NCBI GenBank assembly: GCA_050250955.1
Contig: JBFWNR010000003.1
Span: 525,120 to 589,119, forward strand
Origin: Vicinamibacterales bacterium
GTDB taxonomy: Bacteria; Acidobacteriota; Vicinamibacteria; Vicinamibacterales; UBA2999
DNA: 64,000 bases
Direction of reading: 5' to 3'
The position numbers were made by a program, and so were the translations under genes. The notes under the pieces are model-generated. The model saw only the letters and a list, made by a program, of their open reading frames with translations, did not search any database and was not told where the DNA came from. Shown one piece after another: positions 7,671-16,480 of this stretch. Within the stretch, counting starts at the first letter, position 1; every line of letters begins with the position of its first letter.

Positions 7671-8933
7671 ATGCCGAAACAGACGACGAGGACTCCGGAC
7701 GTGTGCTCGATACCTGCCCGCTCACTGGTCGTCGCGGCCCTGCTCCTGGCCGGCGCCGCCGCGGCACGGGCGCAGAGCGGCGACGTCGTCGCCTCGGCTC
7801 GCAGCGCCGCCACCTCCGGACACCGCGCCGAAGCGCTCGGCGATCTCGAGCGGCACCTGCGCGAGTCGCCGCGCGACGTCGATGCCCGCCTGCTCTACGG
7901 CCTGGTGCTGTCGTGGGAGGGTCGGTACGACGACGCCCGGCGCGAACTGGGGCAGGTGCTGGTCCAGACGCCGTCCTACAACGACGCCAGGGTCGCCCTC
8001 GCCAACATCGCCTGGTGGAACGGCGACTACCCCGAGTTGAAACGGCTGGTCGACGAAGCCCGCCTGCAGCGGCCCGACGACGTCGAGTGGCAGCTGCTCG
8101 ACGCCCGCGCGCTCGACGGCCTGGGCCAGCCGCGCGAGGCCCGCCGGGTGCTGCAGGCGCTGCTCGCCCAGGCGCCCGGGTATCCCCGGGCGCGCGTGCT
8201 CAAGAACCGTCTCGACGCCAGCCTGCGGCCGTGGAGCCTCACCGCCGGCTACGTCGGCGACCGCTTCTCCGACCAGCGCACGCCGTGGGCCGAGTATTCG
8301 GTCGCGCTCAGCCGCCAGACACCGGTGGGCAGCGTCATCGGCCGGGTCAGCCAGGTCGAGCGCTTCGGCCTCGGCGACCGGCTGTTCGAGGTCGAGATGT
8401 ACCCGACGTTCCGGCCGGGCACCTACGCCTATGTCGGCGTCGGCGTCGCCAAGGACGAGCGGCTCTATCCCGGTTACCGCGTCGCCACCGACCTGTATCA
8501 GTCGCTCGGCGGCGGCTTCGAGGCGTCGGCCGGGTTCCGACGCCTCGGTTTCGCCGCCGTCACCGACATCTACGTCGGCACGCTCACCAAGTACACCGGG
8601 AGCTGGATGCTCACCGGCAAGGCGATGTACGTCCCCGACCGGGACGGGCCGGAGGACGCGGTCTCCTACCACGCCGTCGTCCGACGCTACGTCGGCGGCT
8701 CGGGCGAGAGCTGGATCGGCGGCGGCTTCAGCCACGGCTACAGCCGCGAGGAGCTGGGCGACAGCGCCGAACTGCAGAACCTCGACGCCGACACCGTGCG
8801 CCTCAACGCCGAGATCCTCGTCCACCCGCGCTGGCTGGTGGCGGCCTCGGCGAGCACCAGCCGCCAGGAGCGGGCGCGGCGCCAGCCGCTGTGGCAGCAC
8901 AGCGTCGGCGCGTCGGTCACGGTGTACTTCTGA
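7671..8933 (+). CDS. Outer-membrane protein: N-terminal TPR region fused to a YaiO-family beta-barrel
   Basis: The signal peptide ends AAARAQ. TPR-like helices follow (DARLLYGLVLSWEGRYDDARRELGQVL...). The C-terminal half has alternating beta-strand character and ends SVGASVTVYF, with the terminal aromatic residue typical of OMPs. Confidence 0.75.
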   Translation: MPKQTTRTPDVCSIPARSLVVAALLLAGAAAARAQSGDVVASARSAATSGHRAEALGDLERHLRESPRDVDARLLYGLVLSWEGRYDDARRELGQVLVQTPSYNDARVALANIAWWNGDYPELKRLVDEARLQRPDDVEWQLLDARALDGLGQPREARRVLQALLAQAPGYPRARVLKNRLDASLRPWSLTAGYVGDRFSDQRTPWAEYSVALSRQTPVGSVIGRVSQVERFGLGDRLFEVEMYPTFRPGTYAYVGVGVAKDERLYPGYRVATDLYQSLGGGFEASAGFRRLGFAAVTDIYVGTLTKYTGSWMLTGKAMYVPDRDGPEDAVSYHAVVRRYVGGSGESWIGGGFSHGYSREELGDSAELQNLDADTVRLNAEILVHPRWLVAASASTSRQERARRQPLWQHSVGASVTVYF

Positions 8934-9922
8934 TGCCGGCGGCCGCCCGACTCGTCCTGGCGCTCGTCAGTCTCTCCTCCGGCTGGTACGCCCTGTTCGT
9001 CTCGCCGTCGCTCGGCGGGACGGCGGTGGCCGGTGCGATCGCCACCGAGTCGGCGGGCGCGCCCGTCGCTGCCGCGTCGCCGACGGCCACAGGCGTGTCG
9101 ACGCCGGCGCCGGCCGGAGCCCCTGCCGCCCCGGCGCCTGATGCCGCCGCCCTCGACGCCACCCTGGTGCAGAGCCGCGACGCCTTTGCCGCCGAGCGTT
9201 GGGAGGCGGCGCTGGAGCCGACGCGCCAGCTGGTCGAGCGCTTTCCCGGTCAGCACGTCTACCTGGCACGCCTCGCCGAGATCTATCGCCATCTCGGCCG
9301 CCCCGCCGACGAAGCGGCCACCTGGGAAGTCTTCCTCGACCGCTCGCCGTTGCCGGCCGATGCCTGCCCGTTCATCGGGCACGCCTACCGCAAGCTCGGC
9401 CGCTACGACCAGGCGATCGCCGCCTTCGAGCGCTGCTACGAGGCCGATCCGCAGAACGCCGAGCTGGCCTTCTTCGTCGGCCTCGGCCACGAGTGGGCCA
9501 CCCGCTTCGAGACCGCGCAGGAGTGGTACGCCAAGGCGATCGACCTGGCGCCGCCGCACTTCGACAGCCAGGTCGGCCTGGCGCGCGTGCAACTCCACCG
9601 CAACCGCCTCGACCAGGCGCTGCGCCGCGCCCGCGAGGTGCTGCAGCACGTGCCGAAGCACGTGGACGCGGCGCTGGTCGCCGGCCTCGCCGAACAGCGC
9701 GCCGGGCACCGGGTCGAAGCCCGCACCTATCTCGAAACGGCGGTGACGCTCGCCGAGGACTACTTCGACGTCCAGCTGGCCCTGGGCGTCCTGGACTACA
9801 CCGAGTCGCGCTACCACGACGCCCGCGAGCGCTTCGAAACGGCGTCGCGGCTCGACCCGTCGCGCCGCGACGAGGTGCAGCCGTGGCTCGACCGGACCGC
9901 CAATGTGAAGGTCACGCCGTGA
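8933..9922 (+). CDS. Signal-anchored TPR-repeat protein
   Basis: The ATG at 8933 overlaps the upstream TGA as TGATG. The protein has a hydrophobic N-terminus (LVLALVSLSSGWYALFV), an Ala/Pro linker, and then repeated TPR helices (HAYRKLGRYDQAIAAFERCYEADPQNAE...). The track embeds it in the artefactual ORF 7607-9922. Confidence 0.75.
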   Translation: MPAAARLVLALVSLSSGWYALFVSPSLGGTAVAGAIATESAGAPVAAASPTATGVSTPAPAGAPAAPAPDAAALDATLVQSRDAFAAERWEAALEPTRQLVERFPGQHVYLARLAEIYRHLGRPADEAATWEVFLDRSPLPADACPFIGHAYRKLGRYDQAIAAFERCYEADPQNAELAFFVGLGHEWATRFETAQEWYAKAIDLAPPHFDSQVGLARVQLHRNRLDQALRRAREVLQHVPKHVDAALVAGLAEQRAGHRVEARTYLETAVTLAEDYFDVQLALGVLDYTESRYHDARERFETASRLDPSRRDEVQPWLDRTANVKVTP

Positions 9923-12399
9923 GCACGGCTTGCGCCGCGGCCCGGCTGGCCGTCGTCCTGTTCTGGCTGGCGACCTCGGCGTATGCCTTTCTCGCCTCGG
10001 TGCCGTTCGTCCACGAGCAGTTCCTCGAGCCCGGCCTGGTCCCGGCCCTGGTCGTGTTCGCGCGCTGGCACGGCTGGCTGACGCTGGCCGTGGCGGCCGG
10101 GGCCGCGCTGGCGCTGTGGCCCGACGTGGTGAGCCGTCGCGCGCCGCTGGCTGCCGGCGTCCTCGTGTGGGCCGGCTTCCTGGCCGGCGTCGCCGCGGTC
10201 ATCGGTGCGCCGCTGACCCGGTTGACGCCTGGTGGTGCCGCGCTGGCGCTGTCTCTGGCCGCGCTCGTCCCGGTGCTCTGGATGGCGGCCATCGATCTGA
10301 CGCTGGCGCCGTGGCTCGACGCCCCCCGCGCCACCGACATGAGCGGGCGGGACACCGTCGTGGCGGCTGGCAGCGCCGTGGCGGTGCTGGCCGTCCAGGC
10401 CGTCGGCGCGCTGGCGACACCCGGCGCGGTCACCGGTCTCGGGCTGGCCCAGAGCGCCGCCGCACATCTCCTGCTCTTCGCCGCGGTGTGGGCCGGGCTG
10501 GCCATCGTCCGCGCCGTGGCCGAACTGACCTCGAAGCCGGCCCAGTGGGAGGCGGTGGCGGCCGCCGGGCTGCTGGCCCTGCTCACCGGTGGCGCGACCT
10601 GCCTGGTGCTCGCGCCGGCCCTGGCAGTCACCTCGCGGACCGGCCGCGGCATGCTGGTCCTGTTCGGGGCCACCATCGCCATCGCGCTGGCCGCCCGCGG
10701 CGTGCGCCATGGCCGGGCCCGCGAAGGGGACGGCGTGGTGCTGGTCCTCGGCGGGTTGCTGCCGCGCTGGGCGCTCGGTCGCACCACGTGGGCCCGCCTC
10801 GGCTGGGTGGCGCTGGTGCTCGCCGGACTCGTCGTCGCCCGCCAGGCGGCGGCGGTCATGGACTGGAACTTCGCCGTCGCCAAGCTCGGCGCCGTCGCGT
10901 TCTGGCTGCTTGCGCTGGGCACGCTGGCCCAGTGGGCGCCGCCACACGTCAGGATCCATCCGACGGCGCCGCACGCCGCCATGGTCGTCGTCGTGGCCGG
11001 CTACCTGGCCGCCGCCGGCCGCCTGCCCGGCGGCCCGATCACCCTCGAAGCCGCGACCGGGGCGGCCGACGCCTGGGTCGTCGGAGACCCGTCGTTCCGG
11101 ACGCTGCGCGACTGGCTGCACCGCCCGGTCGTCGAGACCGCCGATGCCGTCAGCGACGGCGTCGGGTTCTTCGATTACCTGCAGGCCCACACCAACATCG
11201 CCCGCTCGATCGCCGTCGCGCCGGTGCCGCTCAGCCTCGCCGATCTGGACGCCTCGCCGGCCGCCGGCCGGCCGCCGCACGTGTTCGTCGTCGTCGTCGA
11301 CAGCCTGCGCCGCGACTACCTGTCGCCCTACGACCCGCGGATCGACTTCACGCCGGCCATCGCCGCCTTCGCCGCCGAGAGCACGGTCTACCGCCGGGCG
11401 TTCACCCGCTACGGCGCCACCGGCCTGTCGGTGCCGTCGATCTGGGTGGGCGGCATGCTGCTGCACAAGCAGTACGTGACGCCGTTTGCGCCCATGAACA
11501 CGCTGCACGCGCTGCTCGGCCATCACCGCTACCGGCGCTGGATGAGCATGGACAACATCGTCGACGTCGTGATGCCGCGCGACGACTCGCTGGAGCCGCT
11601 CGACCGGCGCCGCCCGGTGGCCGACTTCCGTGCCTGCTCGACCTTCGACGAGCTGGTCGGCCGGCTCGATCGGCTGACCGCCGCCGGCCCGCCGGCGTTC
11701 GTCTGGACACTGCCGCAGGATCTCCACGTGGCGGTGCTGGCCCGCGAGGGCAAGCAGTCGATCGACGGCGGCGACTACGCCGGGTTCTACGCCCCCTACG
11801 CGTCGCGGGTCCGCCGTCTCGACGGCTGCTTCGGCGGCTTCGTCGCCGCGCTCAAGGCGCGCGGCCTCTACGACGACAGCGTGATCGTCCTCACCAGCGA
11901 CCACGGCGACTCGCTCGGCGAGGAGGGCCGCTGGGGCCACGCCTACACCATCTACCCCGAGGTACTGCAGGTGCCGCTCATCGTCCACCTGCCGCCGCGG
12001 CTGCGCGAACGGTTCGACACCGCGGCGGACGCGCCGGCGTTCACCACCGACGTCACGCCGACGCTGCACGCCCTGCTCGGCCACCAGGTGACGGCGGCGT
12101 CGCCGATCCTCGGCCGGCCGCTGGTCTGGCCACGCGGCACGGCCGCGCCGGCGCGTCCTCCCTTCGGCCTGGTCGCCTCGAGCTACGGCAGCGTCTATGG
12201 GTGGCTCGACGACGGCGCCCGGGAGCTGTACATCGCCGACGGGGTCGGGCTGCGCGACTATCGCTACCGGCTCGACGGGTCGCCGGCCGGCGTGGCCGCG
12301 CCGGTGACCGACACGGTGCGGGCCGCCGGCCAGCGGGCCATCCGTCAGGGCATCCAGGCGATCGCCGACCTCTACCGCTTCACACCGCCGACGCCGTGA
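9919..12399 (+). CDS. Polytopic (about 12 TM) membrane protein with a C-terminal alkaline-phosphatase/sulfatase-fold domain (LtaS/EptA/BcsG-like transferase architecture)
   Basis: The GTG at 9919 overlaps the upstream TGA as GTGA. About 400 aa of hydrophobic helices are followed by HVFVVVVDSLRRDY, GATGLSVPS and VLTSDHGDSLGEEGRWGH, which are metal-ligand and nucleophile-type motifs of the AP superfamily. Confidence 0.7.
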   Translation: MSTACAAARLAVVLFWLATSAYAFLASVPFVHEQFLEPGLVPALVVFARWHGWLTLAVAAGAALALWPDVVSRRAPLAAGVLVWAGFLAGVAAVIGAPLTRLTPGGAALALSLAALVPVLWMAAIDLTLAPWLDAPRATDMSGRDTVVAAGSAVAVLAVQAVGALATPGAVTGLGLAQSAAAHLLLFAAVWAGLAIVRAVAELTSKPAQWEAVAAAGLLALLTGGATCLVLAPALAVTSRTGRGMLVLFGATIAIALAARGVRHGRAREGDGVVLVLGGLLPRWALGRTTWARLGWVALVLAGLVVARQAAAVMDWNFAVAKLGAVAFWLLALGTLAQWAPPHVRIHPTAPHAAMVVVVAGYLAAAGRLPGGPITLEAATGAADAWVVGDPSFRTLRDWLHRPVVETADAVSDGVGFFDYLQAHTNIARSIAVAPVPLSLADLDASPAAGRPPHVFVVVVDSLRRDYLSPYDPRIDFTPAIAAFAAESTVYRRAFTRYGATGLSVPSIWVGGMLLHKQYVTPFAPMNTLHALLGHHRYRRWMSMDNIVDVVMPRDDSLEPLDRRRPVADFRACSTFDELVGRLDRLTAAGPPAFVWTLPQDLHVAVLAREGKQSIDGGDYAGFYAPYASRVRRLDGCFGGFVAALKARGLYDDSVIVLTSDHGDSLGEEGRWGHAYTIYPEVLQVPLIVHLPPRLRERFDTAADAPAFTTDVTPTLHALLGHQVTAASPILGRPLVWPRGTAAPARPPFGLVASSYGSVYGWLDDGARELYIADGVGLRDYRYRLDGSPAGVAAPVTDTVRAAGQRAIRQGIQAIADLYRFTPPTP

Positions 12400-12414
12400 C
12401 CCCGGGACGGGGCG

Positions 12415-15192
12415 TCAGCGCCCGCTGACGCGGTCGAACGTGCCCAGGGCGGCGTCGTCCTTGTTGACGTCGACGCCGCGCAGCGGGCCCTTCAGCGGCA
12501 GCGTCACCGACCCCGAGGCCTCGGTGATCGCGACCAAGGCGTCCTCGGTGGAGCCGTCGGTGTACTGCAGCGTCACGGTCACCGGCACGTCGTAGACCTC
12601 GCCGAACTGCTCGTAGGCCACTTCGAGTGCATCGCCCATCGTGCTGGTGGTGAGCCGCACCCGCGGCAGCCCGGTATCGAGCACCCACCGCTCGAAGAAG
12701 CGCTCGAGCGACATGCCGCTGGCCGCCTCCATGGCCTCCCGCAGGTCGTCGGTGCCGGCCTTGCGGTAGCGGTGTTTGGCGTAGAAACCGCGCAGTCCGG
12801 TGAAGAACGCCTGGTCGCCGACCAGCCGGCGCAGCATGTGCAGCACCGCGGCGCCCTTGTTGTAGAGGACGGCGCGGAACACCCGCGGCTCGTTCCTGAC
12901 GTGGCCGAGCCGGTAGCCCAGGGCGATCGGCCCCTGGTCGGAGTGTTCCATCGACCAGCGCCGCAGGTTGCGCAACGCCGAACGGAACGTGCCCTCGCCG
13001 CGCCGCTCCCGGGCGTACAGCGTGGCGAAGTACTGGGCGAATCCCTCGCTGATCCACTGCTCGTGGTAGTTCTTCCAGCCCACCGCCTGACCCCACCACT
13101 GGTGCGCCACCTCGTGGGCGAGGATGAACTCGGGGAAGTCGTTGAAGTGTGCCGGGTCATTGCGCCAGACGAACGGCGTCGTCGGCAGCGGGTTGTTCAG
13201 GACCGCGAAGTAGGCCGGGCTGTGGCCACCCGGCAGGTCGTTTTCGAGCATCGCGATGGTGAACGCCGGGTAGGGCGCATCGCCGATGAGCGAGGCATAG
13301 AAGCGGAGGATGTCAGCGGCGGTGACCAGCGCCTCGCGGCCGCGGTTCTCCTGGCGGCGATTGGCGAGCACGGTCAGCTCGACGGTGTTGCGGCCGCCGA
13401 CCGGCGGCGGCTTGGGCGGCGCCAGCAGCTGCGCCAGCGTGATCGAGCGCGGCGGCGGGGGCGGCGGCGGCACGACGATGTCGAGGGCCACCGTGGCGGC
13501 ATCTACTTCGGTCATGCGGCTCACCACGACGCCCAGGTAGCGGACCGGGTGCGAGGTCGCGAACGTGTAGAGCCAGCGTCCCGACGGCGCCCCGGGCGTG
13601 GCCGCCACCGCCACCCGCTCGCTGCCGAGCGGAGTGATGCCCGACGCCGCCACCCCGTACTCGACCGGCACCGTGATCCGCATGGTCGCCGTGGTGTAGT
13701 CGGTGACCGGCGCCTGCGGATACCACTTCGATCGGTTGCTGAGCAGCCAGTTGCGTTCGGCCGACACCATCGGCATGTCGGGTTCGCGCGGCGCGCGGTC
13801 CTGGTCGAGCGACTCGGAGTCGATCGGCTGGCGTTCGATGCGCCCCGAGTAGGTGATCGTGAGCGTCAGCTCGTAGTCGCGGGCCAGCGGCGACGGCAGG
13901 TTGACGACCACCCCGTTCTGGTTGCGGACCCGCAGGAACAGCAGCCGGCCCAGCTCCTTGCTGGTCACCGAGCTGATGGCGTAGCCGTCGGCGAGGGCCA
14001 GGGTGAGCGTGCCGAGGACGAACGACTTGACGCGCAGCCGCATGACCGCCCGGGCGGTGAGGAACTCGCGGTCGGGCGCGATGTCGACGTCGAGGTCGTA
14101 GTCGAGGACGTCGAACTCGGTGAGGTCGTCCTCGTCGTAGAAGGCGCCGCGGCTGGCCAGCTTCTGCGGCGACGCGTAGAGCGCGATGTTGCGCTTGCGC
14201 TCGCGGCTGAAGAGCGTGACGTCCTCGGCCTCGTTCTGCGAACGGGCGTAGGTCAGCGTCCGCCAGCGCCGGGTCCGTACCTCGGCCACCAGGTCGCCCG
14301 GCTGCGGCAGGATCGACCAGATGTCGCGGCTCAGGTCGCTCAGGTCGAGGCTGAACGACTTGGCCACTTCCTCGTCGAACACCTCGCGGGCGCGGCCGAA
14401 CAGCCGCGTCTCGGGCGGCGTGGCCACCAGTCCGCCCCTGGACAGGTACTGCTCGAAGTCGTACGGGTTCAGCCGCACGTAGGCGGTCTCGAAGCGGGTG
14501 TCGACGACATCGGCGCCGGCGAACAGCCGCACCTGGCCCTGCTCGGTCTTCGGCTCAGGGCGGAAGATCATCTGCCCGTCGCCGACCAGCACCAGGGCCG
14601 AGACGCCCTCGGCGGTGTCGGCGACGAACACGTTGCCGGCCGGCAGCCGCAGCTCGAAGTCCACCGACGTCAGCACGAAGTCCTTCGCCGTGTAGTGCCG
14701 CTCGCGGTCGAGCGACAGCCGGTGCAGGGCGTCGACCTGCGACAGCTGGTCGTGGGCGACGATCCGCCACGGCGTGTCGGTGTCGCCGGGCTCGGCGACC
14801 GCGCCGGCCGGCCGGCGGATGTCCAGTCGCCACGTCGAGAGCTGGCCGCGCGGGCCGCTCTCGACGAACACCTCGACGATCATCCGGTAGCCGTCGCCGG
14901 GCAGCGCGCCGTCCAGGCCGCTGCGGTCGCGTTCGCGTACCACCGCGCGGGTCACCCCGCGCGGCAGCGCGGCGTCGAAGAACTCGCCGGCGGCGTCCGG
15001 ATCGGCGTTGGTCGAGATGAGGGCCAACCAGCCGTCGCGATCGCTGGTCGACAGAGCCGTCTCGATGCGCTGGAGGACGCGCAGGATCTGCAGCTCTTCC
15101 GGGTCCAGCGGCGGCACCGGCTGCGCGTGGAGCGGCGCCGTCGCGGCGAGGAGGGCCATCGTCAGGACTGCACAGGTGGCGCGCCCGGACAT
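12415..15192 (-). CDS. M1-family zinc metallopeptidase (aminopeptidase N-like), secreted
   Basis: It carries the gluzincin motif HEVAHQWWG-x18-WISEGFAQY. I chose the ATG at 15192 (MSGRATCAVLTMALLAATAPLHAQ, a signal peptide). The track start at 15210 is a TTG. Confidence 0.88.
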   Translation of the reverse strand: MSGRATCAVLTMALLAATAPLHAQPVPPLDPEELQILRVLQRIETALSTSDRDGWLALISTNADPDAAGEFFDAALPRGVTRAVVRERDRSGLDGALPGDGYRMIVEVFVESGPRGQLSTWRLDIRRPAGAVAEPGDTDTPWRIVAHDQLSQVDALHRLSLDRERHYTAKDFVLTSVDFELRLPAGNVFVADTAEGVSALVLVGDGQMIFRPEPKTEQGQVRLFAGADVVDTRFETAYVRLNPYDFEQYLSRGGLVATPPETRLFGRAREVFDEEVAKSFSLDLSDLSRDIWSILPQPGDLVAEVRTRRWRTLTYARSQNEAEDVTLFSRERKRNIALYASPQKLASRGAFYDEDDLTEFDVLDYDLDVDIAPDREFLTARAVMRLRVKSFVLGTLTLALADGYAISSVTSKELGRLLFLRVRNQNGVVVNLPSPLARDYELTLTITYSGRIERQPIDSESLDQDRAPREPDMPMVSAERNWLLSNRSKWYPQAPVTDYTTATMRITVPVEYGVAASGITPLGSERVAVAATPGAPSGRWLYTFATSHPVRYLGVVVSRMTEVDAATVALDIVVPPPPPPPRSITLAQLLAPPKPPPVGGRNTVELTVLANRRQENRGREALVTAADILRFYASLIGDAPYPAFTIAMLENDLPGGHSPAYFAVLNNPLPTTPFVWRNDPAHFNDFPEFILAHEVAHQWWGQAVGWKNYHEQWISEGFAQYFATLYARERRGEGTFRSALRNLRRWSMEHSDQGPIALGYRLGHVRNEPRVFRAVLYNKGAAVLHMLRRLVGDQAFFTGLRGFYAKHRYRKAGTDDLREAMEAASGMSLERFFERWVLDTGLPRVRLTTSTMGDALEVAYEQFGEVYDVPVTVTLQYTDGSTEDALVAITEASGSVTLPLKGPLRGVDVNKDDAALGTFDRVSGR

Positions 15193-15212
15193 GAATCGAT
15201 TAGACGCCAAAT

Positions 15213-15227
15213 GGCCGGCGACCGGCC
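15213..15227 (-). terminator. Possible hairpin terminator after the PP2C phosphatase gene
   Basis: The sequence is GGCCGG-CGA-CCGGCC, followed on the minus strand by ATTTGG. The stem is short and the U-tract is weak. Confidence 0.35.
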
Positions 15228-15260
15228 ACCCGTTTCGTCACGGCGCGGCGCTCGCGGAGG

Positions 15261-16457
15261 CTAGGCTGGGATGGGGGCGGGGACCGGCGGCACGATCGGC
15301 CGGCTGAGGACGAGCACGGTGAGATCGTCGGCCAGGCGTTCCCCCTGACGATGCTGGTCCACGGCCGCGAACACCGCCCGGCCCAGCACGCCGGCCGCCA
15401 CGCCCGGCACCGCGCGCACCGCCGCTTCGAGGCCGAGCTCTTCGAACATCTGGCCGTTCGGCGCCTCGGCCTCGGTGATGCCGTCGCTGTACATCACCAG
15501 CGCGTCGCCCGGATCGAGGCGGGTCCGCCCCGACTCGTAGCTCGACTGTTCGAACATCGCCAGCGCGATGCCGCCGGTGGCCAGCTTTTCCACCGCGCCG
15601 GTGGCGCGCAGCAGCAGCGGCGGCGTCTGGCCGGCGTTGACGAACTCGAGCTCGCCGGTGCGCGGGTCGAACAGGCCCAGGAACAGGGTGATGAACCGCG
15701 ACGGCGGCGCATGCTTGGCGACCTGGATGTTCAGCCGCCGCACCAGCTCGGCGGGCGTGAGCGGCTCGTCGACCAGCGTGCGCAGCATGGCCAGGAACAG
15801 CGCCATCAGCAGCGCCGCCGGGCTGGCCTTTCCGGCCACGTCGCCGAGCGCGACGATCACCCGGCCGTCGGGCCGCGGCAGGACGTCGTAGAAGTCGCCG
15901 CCGACGGTGTTGGCCGGCCGGGTCAGGCCGCTGGCCTCGACGCCCGGCGCCGCCCAGGTGCCGTCGGGGAGCATGGCGAGCTGGATCTCGCGGGCCACTT
16001 CCAGGTCGCGTTTGAGCGACAGGCGGTCGAACACCTCCAGCAGCACCAGCAGGTTCATCAGCGCGAAGGCGAGGATCAGCCACTGCGTCCCGGGCTGGAA
16101 GGCCAGCGTCGGCAGCCCGACGCGGAAGAAGAACGGCGGAATGAAGATCGGCACGCCGAACACGCTGATGCCGCGGAACAGCACGATCACGCCGATGGCC
16201 GCCGCCACCAGCGCGACCCCGTAGATGACCCGCCGCGCCGGCGTCAGCCGCATCGCGAAGGCCATGAAGAAGGCCTGCGTGAAGCGCGAGGCGCGGCGGT
16301 GCCACGGCAGGGCGCGGAAGGCCTTCTGGTCGATGCCGCGGGCGAAGAAGCGGTAGGCTTCCGGCGCCTCGCGCGTGAAGACGCGGCCCAGCTCCTCGCT
16401 GGTCAGGTCCTGCGTATAGGCGGCGAAGAACTCACGGGCACGCGACAGCCCTGGCAT
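15261..16457 (-). CDS. Membrane-anchored PP2C/SpoIIE-family serine phosphatase
   Basis: The N-terminal half is hydrophobic. The C-terminal part has SpoIIE motifs: GGDFYDVLPRPDGRVIVALGDVAGKASPAALLMA and MYSDGITEA. Confidence 0.82.
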   Translation of the reverse strand: MPGLSRAREFFAAYTQDLTSEELGRVFTREAPEAYRFFARGIDQKAFRALPWHRRASRFTQAFFMAFAMRLTPARRVIYGVALVAAAIGVIVLFRGISVFGVPIFIPPFFFRVGLPTLAFQPGTQWLILAFALMNLLVLLEVFDRLSLKRDLEVAREIQLAMLPDGTWAAPGVEASGLTRPANTVGGDFYDVLPRPDGRVIVALGDVAGKASPAALLMALFLAMLRTLVDEPLTPAELVRRLNIQVAKHAPPSRFITLFLGLFDPRTGELEFVNAGQTPPLLLRATGAVEKLATGGIALAMFEQSSYESGRTRLDPGDALVMYSDGITEAEAPNGQMFEELGLEAAVRAVPGVAAGVLGRAVFAAVDQHRQGERLADDLTVLVLSRPIVPPVPAPIPA

Positions 16458-16480
16458 GGCCGACCACCCGTACTACGGGC

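Noticed and set aside
7607-8932. The N-terminal two thirds of track ORF 7607-9922.
   Set aside because: It is an out-of-frame overlap with the YaiO-type barrel gene. The real TPR gene starts at the ATG at 8933, coupled to the upstream stop.
9811-12084. A 757-aa minus-strand ORF and the + strand ORF 9930-12428 over the AP-fold membrane protein gene.
   Set aside because: Only the frame beginning at the GTG at 9919 gives coherent TM helices and the DSLRRDY and TSDHG motifs. The others are Arg/Gly/Pro-rich.
12772-15264. An 830-aa + strand ORF antisense to the M1 peptidase.
   Set aside because: The minus-strand frame has HEVAHQWWG...WISEGFAQY. The antisense product has no motif and a biased composition.
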